In this document: positions 50,613 through 61,488 of the stretch, piece after piece
How the letters are laid out: every line of letters starts with the position of its first letter
Position numbering within the stretch: position 1 is the stretch's first letter
Origin: Ascoidea asiatica JCM 7603
Taxonomy: Eukaryota; Fungi; Ascomycota
Length of the DNA stretch: 64,000 nt
Assembly (NCBI GenBank): GCA_001600695.1
Contig: BCKQ01000003.1
Span: 353,849 to 417,848 of the forward strand
Direction: 5' to 3'
Translations under genes and position numbers: made by a program
The notes under the pieces: generated by a model
What the model saw: the letters and a program-made list of their open reading frames with translations, nothing else
Told to the model about the DNA's origin: nothing
Databases searched by the model: none

Positions 50613-51204
50613 TATTGTCAATTGAAGCAGAGATATTTTTGTTTTGATCTTCTTGGATTGTTAAAGCAGAGACCATAGAAGATTCTCTAAAATGTTTATT
50701 TGATTGTTTATTTGAAGAATTAGATATAACATTTTTCAAAACACTCGAAGCATTTGAGAATCTTCTGATTTTATTATGACCTTGAGGTTGAACTTGAACT
50801 TGAGATTGTGTTTGAATTTGAGATTGTGTTTGAATTTGAGGTTGACTAAAAGAGGAAATTGGTTGATTTGGCATTGATATAGAGGAATTATTAATATTCT
50901 TATTAATATTGGTATTATTAATTGAAGTTGTTGTATTTTTATTAATCATTGAAGAAGTTCTTAGGATTAATTTTGAATCACTAATTGTCAAATCATTATT
51001 GGTATTATTATTTTTATTTTTATTTTTAGTATTTGAAGTTGTAATATTACCATTATTATCTATACTTGAGAGTGTATTATTTGGATTTGTTAATTCGGAT
51101 GGGGGATTAATTACCAGAAATGAATTTCTATTTCTTGATAATCTTGAATCATTTTTTTTTGAAGAAGATAATAATCTTTTTAATTTGTTCATAAAACGAG
51201 ACAT
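49045..51204 (-). CDS. Low-complexity protein with C-terminal ubiquitin-like domain (no Gly-Gly)
   Basis: Last ~72 aa, KYKIQDEEGIP..QNLSFNGQTLE..KTLSDYKI..GSILHLFI, align with ubiquitin/Rub1; the protein stops before RLRGG. Confidence 0.8.
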
Positions 51205-53456
51205 TTTTAAAATAAGAAAAAGTTAATTAATTCTTAGTTTTTTTGTATGTGTTTTAATTGAATTGAAGTTGATAAAATTTTGATTTTTTTGTAATATAGA
51301 TAATTTTTTGGGTAAGATAACAATTGAATAAATATATATGATTAAGATATAAATATAAAAGTAATTAGATAAATAAATAAATAAAGAGGCAGATAGATGA
51401 TCAAATAGAATATGTAAATAATTGAGTAATTTATTGAATAAATAAATAAATAAATAGATAAATAAATAAATAAATAAATTAATTTATTGAATTGAATATT
51501 TGAATATTCAAATATGTTTGACGATGAGGGATAAGAGAAGATAGCGAATGATATTAAAATATAATAAAGAATAAGTTTAAATTGATATTGATATTGATAA
51601 TAATTGATAGAGTAAGTATTAAATTAAGAGTTGATTATTATTAAAAAAATAATAAGGAGAAGTAAAAAAATAAATAAAGAAATAAAGAATTCTTAAGAAA
51701 CAAGGAATAAGAAGTGAATAAATGAAGGAATGAATAAATAAAGGATTAGAATAAGAATAAGAGATATTTTATTTCATGATTAAAGGATTTTGTTTAGAAC
51801 TCCTATTTGGCCAGATCATTTCTTCAAACGAATATTGAATATTGTATTGATAATTGTATTAAATATTGTACTGAATATTGTATTGATATGAATATTGATA
51901 AATTTGTTAGACATTATTTAAAAAAAATGGAATAAATATTATGAATCAGCATTTAATAAGAATCTTTTAAGGAGAATAAAAGAAAAACATGAATACTCGG
52001 AAGTTGAAAAATTGGCATTTGAAGTTAAAAATAACGTTGAAAGTACCAGTAAAGTTGTTTAATTGAAAAAAAACTAAATTTGCAGATCATATTACTATGA
52101 TAATATTGATGGCTTTAAAAACACTAAAGTAACAACTTGAAAGTGATAACATGAAAAGAATAATAATGTGGTTTTGATTGAAGGTTATTTACAGTACTAC
52201 AGCAAAGGAAGTGAGTTAAATGATTAGCATGTCCATACTAATAACAAACAAGAGGAATAAGAATTTAAGGAGTTTTGAATGTAATTTTCTTCAGAATTAA
52301 AGGTATTTTCGAATCTTTGAACTTTTGTAATTTTCTGTTAATTATTGTAACATTAGCATTAAAGGATTCTAAAGTAAAGTGCGGTACAGTAGTAATTGAG
52401 AAGATGTGGAGGTTGTAGTACTAGTAATTGGAGCGGCTGATTTTACTCGAGCAGTCGAGTAAATCTGTGAAAACTGTTGAAAGATCAGGTCTCGAACAAG
52501 CCAGGATTCAAAGAGCTTTATTTTTTTTTATTTTTATTATATTTTTTTTTCTTTTTTTTTCTATATTTGTTTTGTCGTTTGTTCTTTAGAGGCTGACCAG
52601 TTTAAATTGTTTTCTTTTAATACAGACTGGTTATTAATTGGATAAGAAAATTACTATTAATTCATTTATAAAAGCAGCCAGTTATAAATAAATAAATCAA
52701 TTTGAACAAATAAATAATCAATAGAGAAAAAACAAATAAAAACAGCTTTTGTTGAATCAATTTGCATTGAATTAAAGCGTATTGAATTAAATTGCAGTTT
52801 AATTGAAAACTGATTTTTTCTAAATTGTTCTTTTTGCTCCTTTTATTCTCAATTTTTTTTTATTTTTACTTTTATATTTATTTTTAATTTTATTTTCATT
52901 TTAATGATAAAATTGGTAAGTTTATATTCAAAACTAAATTAAATTGAATTAAAAATAAATTAAATTACAATAAAATAAACTGAATTAAATTAAATTAAAT
53001 TAAAATAATTTAAATTAAATTAAATTAAAAATAAATTAATTTAATTAATTTATTTTGTGCGAAGACGTTTGTTAAGAGACGTTGCTTAGGCACAGCGGAG
53101 CGGGTACCGAAAAGCCCCGTGATTGGACAAGACGCCACTCGGCTTGACCGACGCGCTATTGTCTGCTGCCAGCAGAGTGCCGTGACTGTTTCTTACTGCG
53201 AGTTATGCAGAAAGCTAAGTCAAAGTACTGCTGCAATTTAGTGTAACTTTAAGCTTACTTCTGCATGAAATCTTAAGTCACACGACAGCCACGTGCGCAC
53301 AAAAATAACTCACGTGCAATGTCATTTAATTAGAAAAACAGATGATTTTAAACTCCTCACCTGGATTTAAAGAGGATTATTTTAATTTAATTTATTTGTT
53401 TAAATATTTTTTTTATTTTTTTATCTTTTTATTCAATTAGCTACTGGCTTTCCAGT

Positions 53457-54038
53457 TCAAGTCTGTAAATTCATAAATTTATAAATCTCTAGAATGATAT
53501 CTTCGATTGTTTTATTATCACAATTCACAATAACTGAATCTTTTTCAATTTCAGAATTCGGTAATTGAAGAATATCAAATTGTGATTGAACCATATTACT
53601 TTTCATATAATGATTTTTTCTATTTGCTACTCTTTCAGTAACTAAATCAAATGAAACGTATAACATTATAATTTTTAAACTTATATCATTATTACCAATA
53701 GTTTCTCTAATTAAATCTCGATATTTTTTTTTCAAACAAGAACATGAAATTATATTAATTTGATTTTTATCTTTATTATTTTCTTCTTTTAATTTTAATC
53801 CAATTGAAATTAACCAATTTTTTCTGTCTTCATCTGTTAAACTTTCTCCATTTTTCATTTTGTTAATGTTATGAGGAGAATGAAATTCATCTCCTTCAAA
53901 AAATTTCACTGTTTGTGTATTATGTAGTGGTAATGATTCTTTATTTAATATTTCATTACCATTTTGAAGAAAAGCAAGTAACTTGTTTCCAACTGTTGTC
54001 TTTCCAGTTCCACAAGTCCCACCAAGTATTATATTCAT
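53457..54038 (-). CDS. Gluconokinase (GntK/IdnK family; YDR248C-like)
   Basis: P-loop GTCGTGKTT, EGDEFH...N..KM..G..LTDEDR..WL, SCSCLKKKYRD, R.NHYMKSNMVQSQF..L. Confidence 0.92.
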   Translation of the reverse strand: MNIILGGTCGTGKTTVGNKLLAFLQNGNEILNKESLPLHNTQTVKFFEGDEFHSPHNINKMKNGESLTDEDRKNWLISIGLKLKEENNKDKNQINIISCSCLKKKYRDLIRETIGNNDISLKIIMLYVSFDLVTERVANRKNHYMKSNMVQSQFDILQLPNSEIEKDSVIVNCDNKTIEDIILEIYKFMNLQT

Positions 54039-54702
54039 TCTCCAGATATTTATTCCTACTGATATTTATGGATATCTAGAACAAGTTACTATCTAAAGTT
54101 ACTCTGTTTGTAATAAGTTTAGTTGTTTTCTTCAGTCTCTGCTTAAAACCCAACCAAAACAAAATAGCCGGCAGTGCCCCATCACGGGGGCCCACTATAT
54201 ACTGCAAAAAATGCGTGGTCCGGGACCATAGTAATAAGCTAAATCATATGACATATAAAGGTAGTCCCGTTTTTAAGGGTTTAAAAGTGTTTAAAAAAAT
54301 TATTTGGATTATTTTGAGGTTTTTGTGAGGTGGTATATAGCGGTTCACCCATCACGTCCTAATTTATCCATTTCATACCCTAATATTATTAAACAGTTGG
54401 CCCATACATTTTACTGCTTGAGACCATGGTCCCGGGTCTTCATTTTTTTGCATCGCAGCCTACTGTCTGCGCTCATTCAGTAATTTAATTTCATCTCTAA
54501 TTTCTACCAATAAAAAGATAATGACGAATTTATTTTATAAAATATCATTGATCTTTCTTTCCTTTTATATATTTATTCAATTATTTATAATTATCTTATT
54601 ATTAAATATATTTTTTTTATTCGATTTAAAATTCCCTTTTGATTCATGTTGAAATCTTAGTATCTTTTAAATAAGTTATTCATTTCAGTAACAATATTTT
54701 AA

Positions 54703-57336
54703 ATGTATCCGAATTCATCAAATCTAGTAAATAATAATGATATAGATAATGAAATGAACAACAATAATAACAATAATAACAATAACAACATGGACAATAA
54801 TATAGATCAAAATATAGATCACAATATGGATAATGATATGAATAATGGGTTTGATATAATCAATGAATTTGATAATAATGATATAGATAATGATATAGTA
54901 AATGATAATAATAATGATAACTCAAACTCAAATAGAAACTTATTAAATCAGTTTCAACAACATCATCAACAACATCAACAAAGTCAACAATCAAGATTAC
55001 AGTTACAACAAAATTTAATTAATCAAAAAAATATATCAAATATAAATAATTTATCAAATTATAATAATCAAAGTTATAATAATAGTAATAATAATAATAA
55101 TAATCAAAGTGATATTCAAAATTTAAATAATTTAAGAAATGTCAATAACAATATTCAAAATATTCAAAATATTCAAAATTTACAGAATATTCAAAATATA
55201 CAAAATATTCAAAACTTAAATAATTTAAATAATTTGAATAATTTAGGTAATTTAAATTCAATTGGGAATATAAATACATTGCCTAATGTAAATAACATAA
55301 ATGATTATAATATAAGTAATTTAAGTAATATGAATTCAATGAATAATTTAAACAATATAAATAATATTAATAATATAAGTAATATGAACAATATGAGTAA
55401 CATAAGTAACTTAAATAATATGAATATTATAAATAATATAAATAGCTTCAATAATCTCAACAACATTAGTAATTTGAATAATTTAAGTAGTATGAATAAT
55501 ATGAATAATAATCTAAACAGTAGGAATAATTTATCAAATATAAACAATCTTAATTTAAATAATTCTCAAAGCTATAATAATAAAAGTAATAATAATAATA
55601 CTCATAAAAATAATCATAACAATAAAAGTAATGATAATGATAATAATAATACTTTACCTGCACATCCAAGAAATTCAAGAAAAAATTTTGCTTTAAGACA
55701 AAATTTAAATCTTTTATCAAATAATTCAAAAAATATGAATATGAATAACAATTCCACCACAACAGACAATCATAATAATAGTCATAATAATAATAATAAC
55801 AGTAACAATAACAATAATACCAATAATAATTCCATTCGTCATACTTTTAATAGTTCAAACAATCAGCCCACTCAAATGGCTTCAAATAATATTTTAACTT
55901 TAGGAAATTATAAAAAAAGAAAAGATAAACTAAGAAAATCAGTTGTTGAAACTTATGAAATTTTAGGTTATATAGCTTCTGGAACTTATGGTAAAGTTTA
56001 TAAAGCAAAATTAAGATCTCCAATTAAAAATCCTTTATCAAATGATTCAAATAATGATAATGATAGTAACAATAATAGTAATAAAAGTAATAAGAATAAT
56101 GATCTTTTATTTTCAGAAGATAATTCTTATAAACTGGATATGGGTTTTTTCGATAAATACAAATATAATTATAATCATGGTTCAAATCCTAATTCAATCT
56201 CAAGTTCAAATTCAGGTTCTAATAAAAGTAATAAAAATAATAAAAATGAATTTTTTGCAATTAAAAAATTTAAAGGAGATAGTAGAGATGGAGAAATTTT
56301 ACATTATACAGGATTATCTCAAAGTGCATGTCGTGAAATGGCATTATGTAGAGAATTATCTCATAGAAATATTGTTCAATTAGTTGAAATAATTTTAGAA
56401 AAAAAATCAATATTCATAATTTCAGAATTTGCAGAACATGATTTATTACAAATTATTCATTTTCATTCACAATCTGGTTTAAAACCAATACCAGAATTAA
56501 CATTTAAATCAATAATGTGGCAAATTTTAAATGGAGTTTCATATTTACATCAAAATTGGATATTTCATAGAGATTTAAAACCTGCAAATATTATGGTAAC
56601 ATCAAATGGTATAATTAAAATTGGAGATTTAGGTCTTGCAAGAAAATTTGATAATATTTTACAAACTTTATATACAGGAGATAAAGTTGTTGTAACAATT
56701 TGGTATAGAGCACCAGAATTATTATTAGGTGGTAGACATTATACACCTGCAATTGATTTATGGGCAGTTGGATGTATATTAGCAGAATTATTAGCTTTAA
56801 GACCAATTTTTAAAGGTGAAGAAGCTAAAATGGATAATAGAAAATCAATACCATTTCAATCAAATCAAATGTTAAAAATTATTGAAATTTTAGGTACACC
56901 AAATTTAAAAATTTGGCCAAGTTTGAATAAATATCCAGAATTTAATAATTTACAAAAATTAAATAAAATTTATTCATCAAATCTTTTAAATTGGTATAAT
57001 AATATTACTAATAATAATCTTATTAACCTTAATAATATAAGTAATAATAGAAATAATAAAAAATGTTTTAATTTATTACAAAATCTATTAAAATATGATC
57101 CTTCAAAAAGAATAACTGCAAATGATTCATTATTACATAAATATTTTTTAGAAAGTCCAAGAGTTTCAATGAATGCATTTGAAGATTTAAATTTTAAATA
57201 TCCAAGAAGAAAAATATCTTTAGATGATAATGATGTTTTACAACAACAAAGTAAAAATTTCAATAATAAGAGACATAAAACTGATATTCATTTAGATTCT
57301 CATCCACTTCGAAAAAAATCTAAACTTTCAAGATAA
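54703..57336 (+). CDS. SSN3: Mediator kinase Cdk8/Srb10 with long N-rich N-terminus
   Basis: [68 protein letters not shown]. Confidence 0.96.
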   Translation: MYPNSSNLVNNNDIDNEMNNNNNNNNNNNMDNNIDQNIDHNMDNDMNNGFDIINEFDNNDIDNDIVNDNNNDNSNSNRNLLNQFQQHHQQHQQSQQSRLQLQQNLINQKNISNINNLSNYNNQSYNNSNNNNNNQSDIQNLNNLRNVNNNIQNIQNIQNLQNIQNIQNIQNLNNLNNLNNLGNLNSIGNINTLPNVNNINDYNISNLSNMNSMNNLNNINNINNISNMNNMSNISNLNNMNIINNINSFNNLNNISNLNNLSSMNNMNNNLNSRNNLSNINNLNLNNSQSYNNKSNNNNTHKNNHNNKSNDNDNNNTLPAHPRNSRKNFALRQNLNLLSNNSKNMNMNNNSTTTDNHNNSHNNNNNSNNNNNTNNNSIRHTFNSSNNQPTQMASNNILTLGNYKKRKDKLRKSVVETYEILGYIASGTYGKVYKAKLRSPIKNPLSNDSNNDNDSNNNSNKSNKNNDLLFSEDNSYKLDMGFFDKYKYNYNHGSNPNSISSSNSGSNKSNKNNKNEFFAIKKFKGDSRDGEILHYTGLSQSACREMALCRELSHRNIVQLVEIILEKKSIFIISEFAEHDLLQIIHFHSQSGLKPIPELTFKSIMWQILNGVSYLHQNWIFHRDLKPANIMVTSNGIIKIGDLGLARKFDNILQTLYTGDKVVVTIWYRAPELLLGGRHYTPAIDLWAVGCILAELLALRPIFKGEEAKMDNRKSIPFQSNQMLKIIEILGTPNLKIWPSLNKYPEFNNLQKLNKIYSSNLLNWYNNITNNNLINLNNISNNRNNKKCFNLLQNLLKYDPSKRITANDSLLHKYFLESPRVSMNAFEDLNFKYPRRKISLDDNDVLQQQSKNFNNKRHKTDIHLDSHPLRKKSKLSR

Positions 57337-57984
57337 CAATAACGTCATCATGAGCATTCAATAACAATCCTCAGAAACAAGAATACTCAACTGTCTTTTT
57401 TCTCTTGTACTATATCTCTTTCTATTCTGTTTCTTCTTCTCCTTCTTATAATTATTTCTTCTGCTGTTTTTGCTTCTTCTGCTTCTTTTGTATTTTTAGT
57501 CGCTTTTTGTGCTGTTGCGAAATTTATTTTTATTTCATTTTCATTGCACCCGCAGAGCTGGTTTTTGAACGTGCTGCACCTCAACACGGACCTTGCATGA
57601 CCCACATCGCTGGCTTTCAAATTTCGATTTTTCATTTTTGCTGATTTTTTTGATTTTTTGTTTCCATTTTCAGATGTTGAATAAATGTTTAATCAATTAT
57701 TTAATGGATTGATGAGCTGATTTTGATTGATTTTTGGTCAAATAACTATCATACAGATCTTTTATTCATATATTGATCATTTGGACATTATAACTGAGTC
57801 TGAGTCTTGGTTTGAATTGGAATCTGGGTCTGAGTTTTGAGCCTTCAGTTCTCTTTATTTTCATCTTTTTATACTTTATTTTTCTTCTTAATGATAGATA
57901 TTCAAAAGTTTAGCATTATAATTCATATTATACTTATTTTTATATAAAGTTTATAATAAATTCAAAAAGATTATAAGAAACTAA

Positions 57985-60783
57985 ATGTTATCTTCCAATT
58001 CTATGAGATTTTTGACCAAAAAATCTTGTTTATCTATTGTTAATTTGAAATTTCAATGTTCTTCAAATATAAATCAAATCATAAATAAAAGAAATAGATC
58101 TGCAAGTAGTAAAAAATTTAATCAGAAAAATCATAAGGAAGTAAACAGATATTCAAAAAAATTAAATTCATATGATGTTAATCCATACAATAATTTAAAT
58201 TCTTTAGGTGGTGGAGGTGCTTCAATTAAAGATATTTTAATACTAAAAAGTAATAATTGGATCTCTTCAAATTTAAATATTGATAAAAATATAAAAATTA
58301 AAGATATTTTCAAAAAAGAAAAATTTGATCCTTTTTTACCTTATGATGATAAAAAATTTATTTCATTTTTAATTACTCAGCTAAAAAATTTCTCAAATAA
58401 TGTTTCAAATAATAATTTCTCTTATAATAAACCTTTAATAAATTTAGTTAATTCAGATTATTCAATCATTCAAGACAATATAACAAACTCAAAATTTCAT
58501 TCGTTAATAGTATTAGAAAAAATTATTTTAAATCATTTAAAAAATTTCAAAGATGATAAAAATTATATAACTAATTTAAAAAATCATCAATTATCTTTAG
58601 AAAATTTATTAAATCCAACTAATGATAATTTAATAGAGATTTTATACTCAATTTTCTTAAATAAATTTTCTGATTTTCCAAAATTTCAAGCCTTACCTGA
58701 TAATCAATTGAATTCTCCAACAAATTCTTCTTTACAATCTTCAATACAGTCGTCATCAACAAAAGCTTTAACTAATACAATCATAAAAAAAAATATAACT
58801 CAAAAAATTTTAGAATCAATTTTTTTTAATATTTTACAAAAAAATATCTCAACTCAATTACCTTCAAGAACTCCAATTGCAGATGTTTCAAATCCTGCTG
58901 AATGGTTTCCAGAAGCAAGAAAAATTAAAAGAAAAATTATTATGCATGTTGGTCCAACAAATAGTGGTAAAACTTATAATGCTTTAAAAAAATTAGAAAT
59001 TTCAAAATCTGGTTATTATGCAGGTCCATTAAGATTACTTGCAAGAGAAATTTATGAAAGATTTAATAATACTGGTATAAATTGTAATTTAATAACTGGT
59101 GAAGAAATTATTTTAAATTTAGATAAAAATTCTGGTAATATGGCTGGAATTTCAAGTGGTACAATTGAAATGATATCTTTTGAAAAAGAATTTGATATTG
59201 TTGTTTTGGATGAAATTCAAATGATTTCAGATATTCAAAGAGGTTGGGCATGGACAAATGCATTTCTTGGTGCAAAAGCAAGAGAAATTCATCTTTGTGG
59301 TGAAGAAAGTTCAGTACCATTAATAGAAAAATTAATTGAAATCACTGGTGATGAATTAATTATAAATAAATATAATAGATTAGGACAATTAAGATTAGAA
59401 AAATTTCCATTAAATGATCCTTTATTAGATTTAGAAAAAGGTGATTGTATAGTTGCATTTTCTAAAAATAAAATTTTAAATTTTAAAACAAAAATTGAAA
59501 AAAATACAAATTTTAAATGTGCTGTAATTTATGGTAGTTTACCTCCAGAAACAAGAGCAACTCAAGCCACTGGTTTTAATAATGGTGATTATGATATTTT
59601 AGTTGCATCTGATGCAATTGGTATGGGATTAAATTTAAAAATTAATAGAGTTTTATTCACAGAATCTTCAAAATTTAATGGAAGTGAAATGGAAGATTTA
59701 ACTTCATCACAAGTTAAACAAATTGGTGGTAGAGCAGGTAGATTTAAAGTTGCACCATCATCTGGAGATAAAAAACAAAATAATAATGAAATTATTAAAA
59801 AAAATCCAAATGATGTTGCAGTTGGATATATATCAGCATTTAATAAAAAAGTTTTAAAACATGTTAAATATGGATTATTAGCACCAACAAAATATCTTGA
59901 AAAAGCATGTTTATGGCCATCAGATGAAATTTGGGCTGAATATATTGCTGGATTTCCTGCAAATACAAGTCTTTCAGATATTTTAAGAATTTTTCAAAAA
60001 GAAGTTCATGGTACAAATTTATATTTTATTAGTGATATAAAACCAAGATTGGAAACTTCATTAATTTTTAAAAATATTTCAAATTTACCAATTTTTGATC
60101 AATTAAGATTACTTAATGCACCAGTTAGTATGTCAAAATTATTAATTAAAACAGTTTTTACAGAATTTTGTAAAAATATTGCAATTGGTAAAACAACAAA
60201 TATATTTGATTATTCATATATGATACCATTTGAAGTTTTATTGAATGAAGATGAAAATAGTGAAATTTTAAAATATAAAAAATTATTTAATAATGAAGGA
60301 AATAATAAAAAAAAATTCAATATAGAAGCTTATGAAATTGAAAATGAAAATGAAGATGAAATTTTAAAATATAAACATGTTGTTGAATTAATTAATAATT
60401 TTCGTAGTAAAATTCTTGATACAGATAGGCAATATCAATTTAAAGAAGGTAGTTCAATTGCAGGTTTAAAATTAATAATTTTAGAAGAAATTCATAAAAT
60501 TTTGTTATTATTTAATTGGTTAAGTATAAGATATCCAACATATTTTATAAATAGAGAAGGATCAACAGATTTAAAAAATTTATGTGAAAGATTAATTTCT
60601 CATGAATTACAAAAATTATATTTAGAAACTCAAAAATCAAGAGAATTTATAAAATCTGGTAAAATGTTTGAAGAAAGTAGTTCAATTGAAGATATTAATA
60701 AAGAAGAAGAAATGAAAAAACTTAAAGAAGCAGAGATTTATGAAACCAATAATCAAGAAGAATTTTTCCAGAGTCCTAGATAA
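57985..60783 (+). CDS. SUV3: Mitochondrial degradosome RNA helicase
   Basis: NPAEWFPEARK..R.IIMHVGPTNSGKTY, GPLRLLARE, DEIQM, ASDAIGMGLNL, QIGGRAGRF. Confidence 0.96.
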   Translation: MLSSNSMRFLTKKSCLSIVNLKFQCSSNINQIINKRNRSASSKKFNQKNHKEVNRYSKKLNSYDVNPYNNLNSLGGGGASIKDILILKSNNWISSNLNIDKNIKIKDIFKKEKFDPFLPYDDKKFISFLITQLKNFSNNVSNNNFSYNKPLINLVNSDYSIIQDNITNSKFHSLIVLEKIILNHLKNFKDDKNYITNLKNHQLSLENLLNPTNDNLIEILYSIFLNKFSDFPKFQALPDNQLNSPTNSSLQSSIQSSSTKALTNTIIKKNITQKILESIFFNILQKNISTQLPSRTPIADVSNPAEWFPEARKIKRKIIMHVGPTNSGKTYNALKKLEISKSGYYAGPLRLLAREIYERFNNTGINCNLITGEEIILNLDKNSGNMAGISSGTIEMISFEKEFDIVVLDEIQMISDIQRGWAWTNAFLGAKAREIHLCGEESSVPLIEKLIEITGDELIINKYNRLGQLRLEKFPLNDPLLDLEKGDCIVAFSKNKILNFKTKIEKNTNFKCAVIYGSLPPETRATQATGFNNGDYDILVASDAIGMGLNLKINRVLFTESSKFNGSEMEDLTSSQVKQIGGRAGRFKVAPSSGDKKQNNNEIIKKNPNDVAVGYISAFNKKVLKHVKYGLLAPTKYLEKACLWPSDEIWAEYIAGFPANTSLSDILRIFQKEVHGTNLYFISDIKPRLETSLIFKNISNLPIFDQLRLLNAPVSMSKLLIKTVFTEFCKNIAIGKTTNIFDYSYMIPFEVLLNEDENSEILKYKKLFNNEGNNKKKFNIEAYEIENENEDEILKYKHVVELINNFRSKILDTDRQYQFKEGSSIAGLKLIILEEIHKILLLFNWLSIRYPTYFINREGSTDLKNLCERLISHELQKLYLETQKSREFIKSGKMFEESSSIEDINKEEEMKKLKEAEIYETNNQEEFFQSPR

Positions 60784-61488
60784 TAAAGATAAAAGAGAAA
60801 TGAAAAATTATCGACATTTATCGACATTTTTTGTATATATGTGATTATAATAATTGTTAATAAAGAAATTATAAAATAAAATTGAATCATATAAAGACTC
60901 TGACAAGTTTCGAACCCACAATGTTCAACAAACTTCGGCACGGAAACAACTTTAACCGTAATCTTTTCAACTCCGGCCACTCCAAACATGTCACATGACT
61001 ATTTTTACTTCCGGTTCGGAGTTAAATTTTTTTTCTAGAACCTTAACGGAGCATTGTGGCGCAAAAGCTCTTTTTGCTTAGTTAACTGAGTTAACAGGGT
61101 TTTTTGGTGGTGAATTGAAGATGATTGAAGAAGATTGCTGGAAGTTCTCAGAATTGTAAGCAGGGCAAGATCCAGATTCAATATTTTAGTAAACACCAGA
61201 ATATATTAGTAAATATTTTAGAGAATATTCTTCTAGATTATTAATTGCTAATTGTTTTTTTTTTTATTTGAAGGAATCAACTCAATTGTAAAGCTATTGT
61301 ATTGGAGTTTATATAAATAAAGATTTATTTCTTCTTTTTGTTTTATTTCTGAGTTTCAAATTGATTGTATTATTATTATATTTATAAGCTGTGTATTTTA
61401 TCAATTCTTTCAGTTCTTATCAAAATAACTTTATCAACTTTATCAATTATATCAATTATATCAATTATATCGATTTATTCAATTAAAA

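Noticed and set aside
52222-52235. GATTAGCATGTCC resembling the U6 snRNA core
   Set aside because: No upstream ACAGAGA box and no downstream U6 stem-loop sequence.
57545-57551. TGCACCC (Aft-type iron element) upstream of SUV3
   Set aside because: Single 7-mer in a GC island with no iron-related gene; insufficient evidence.
242-59320. Many short antisense or alternative-frame ORFs rich in L/I/Y (for example 242-472, 1679-2253, 19673-19915, 26418-28261, 49574-51226, 55305-57263)
   Set aside because: Shadows of (AAT)n and other low-complexity coding sequence in real genes; no family motifs.
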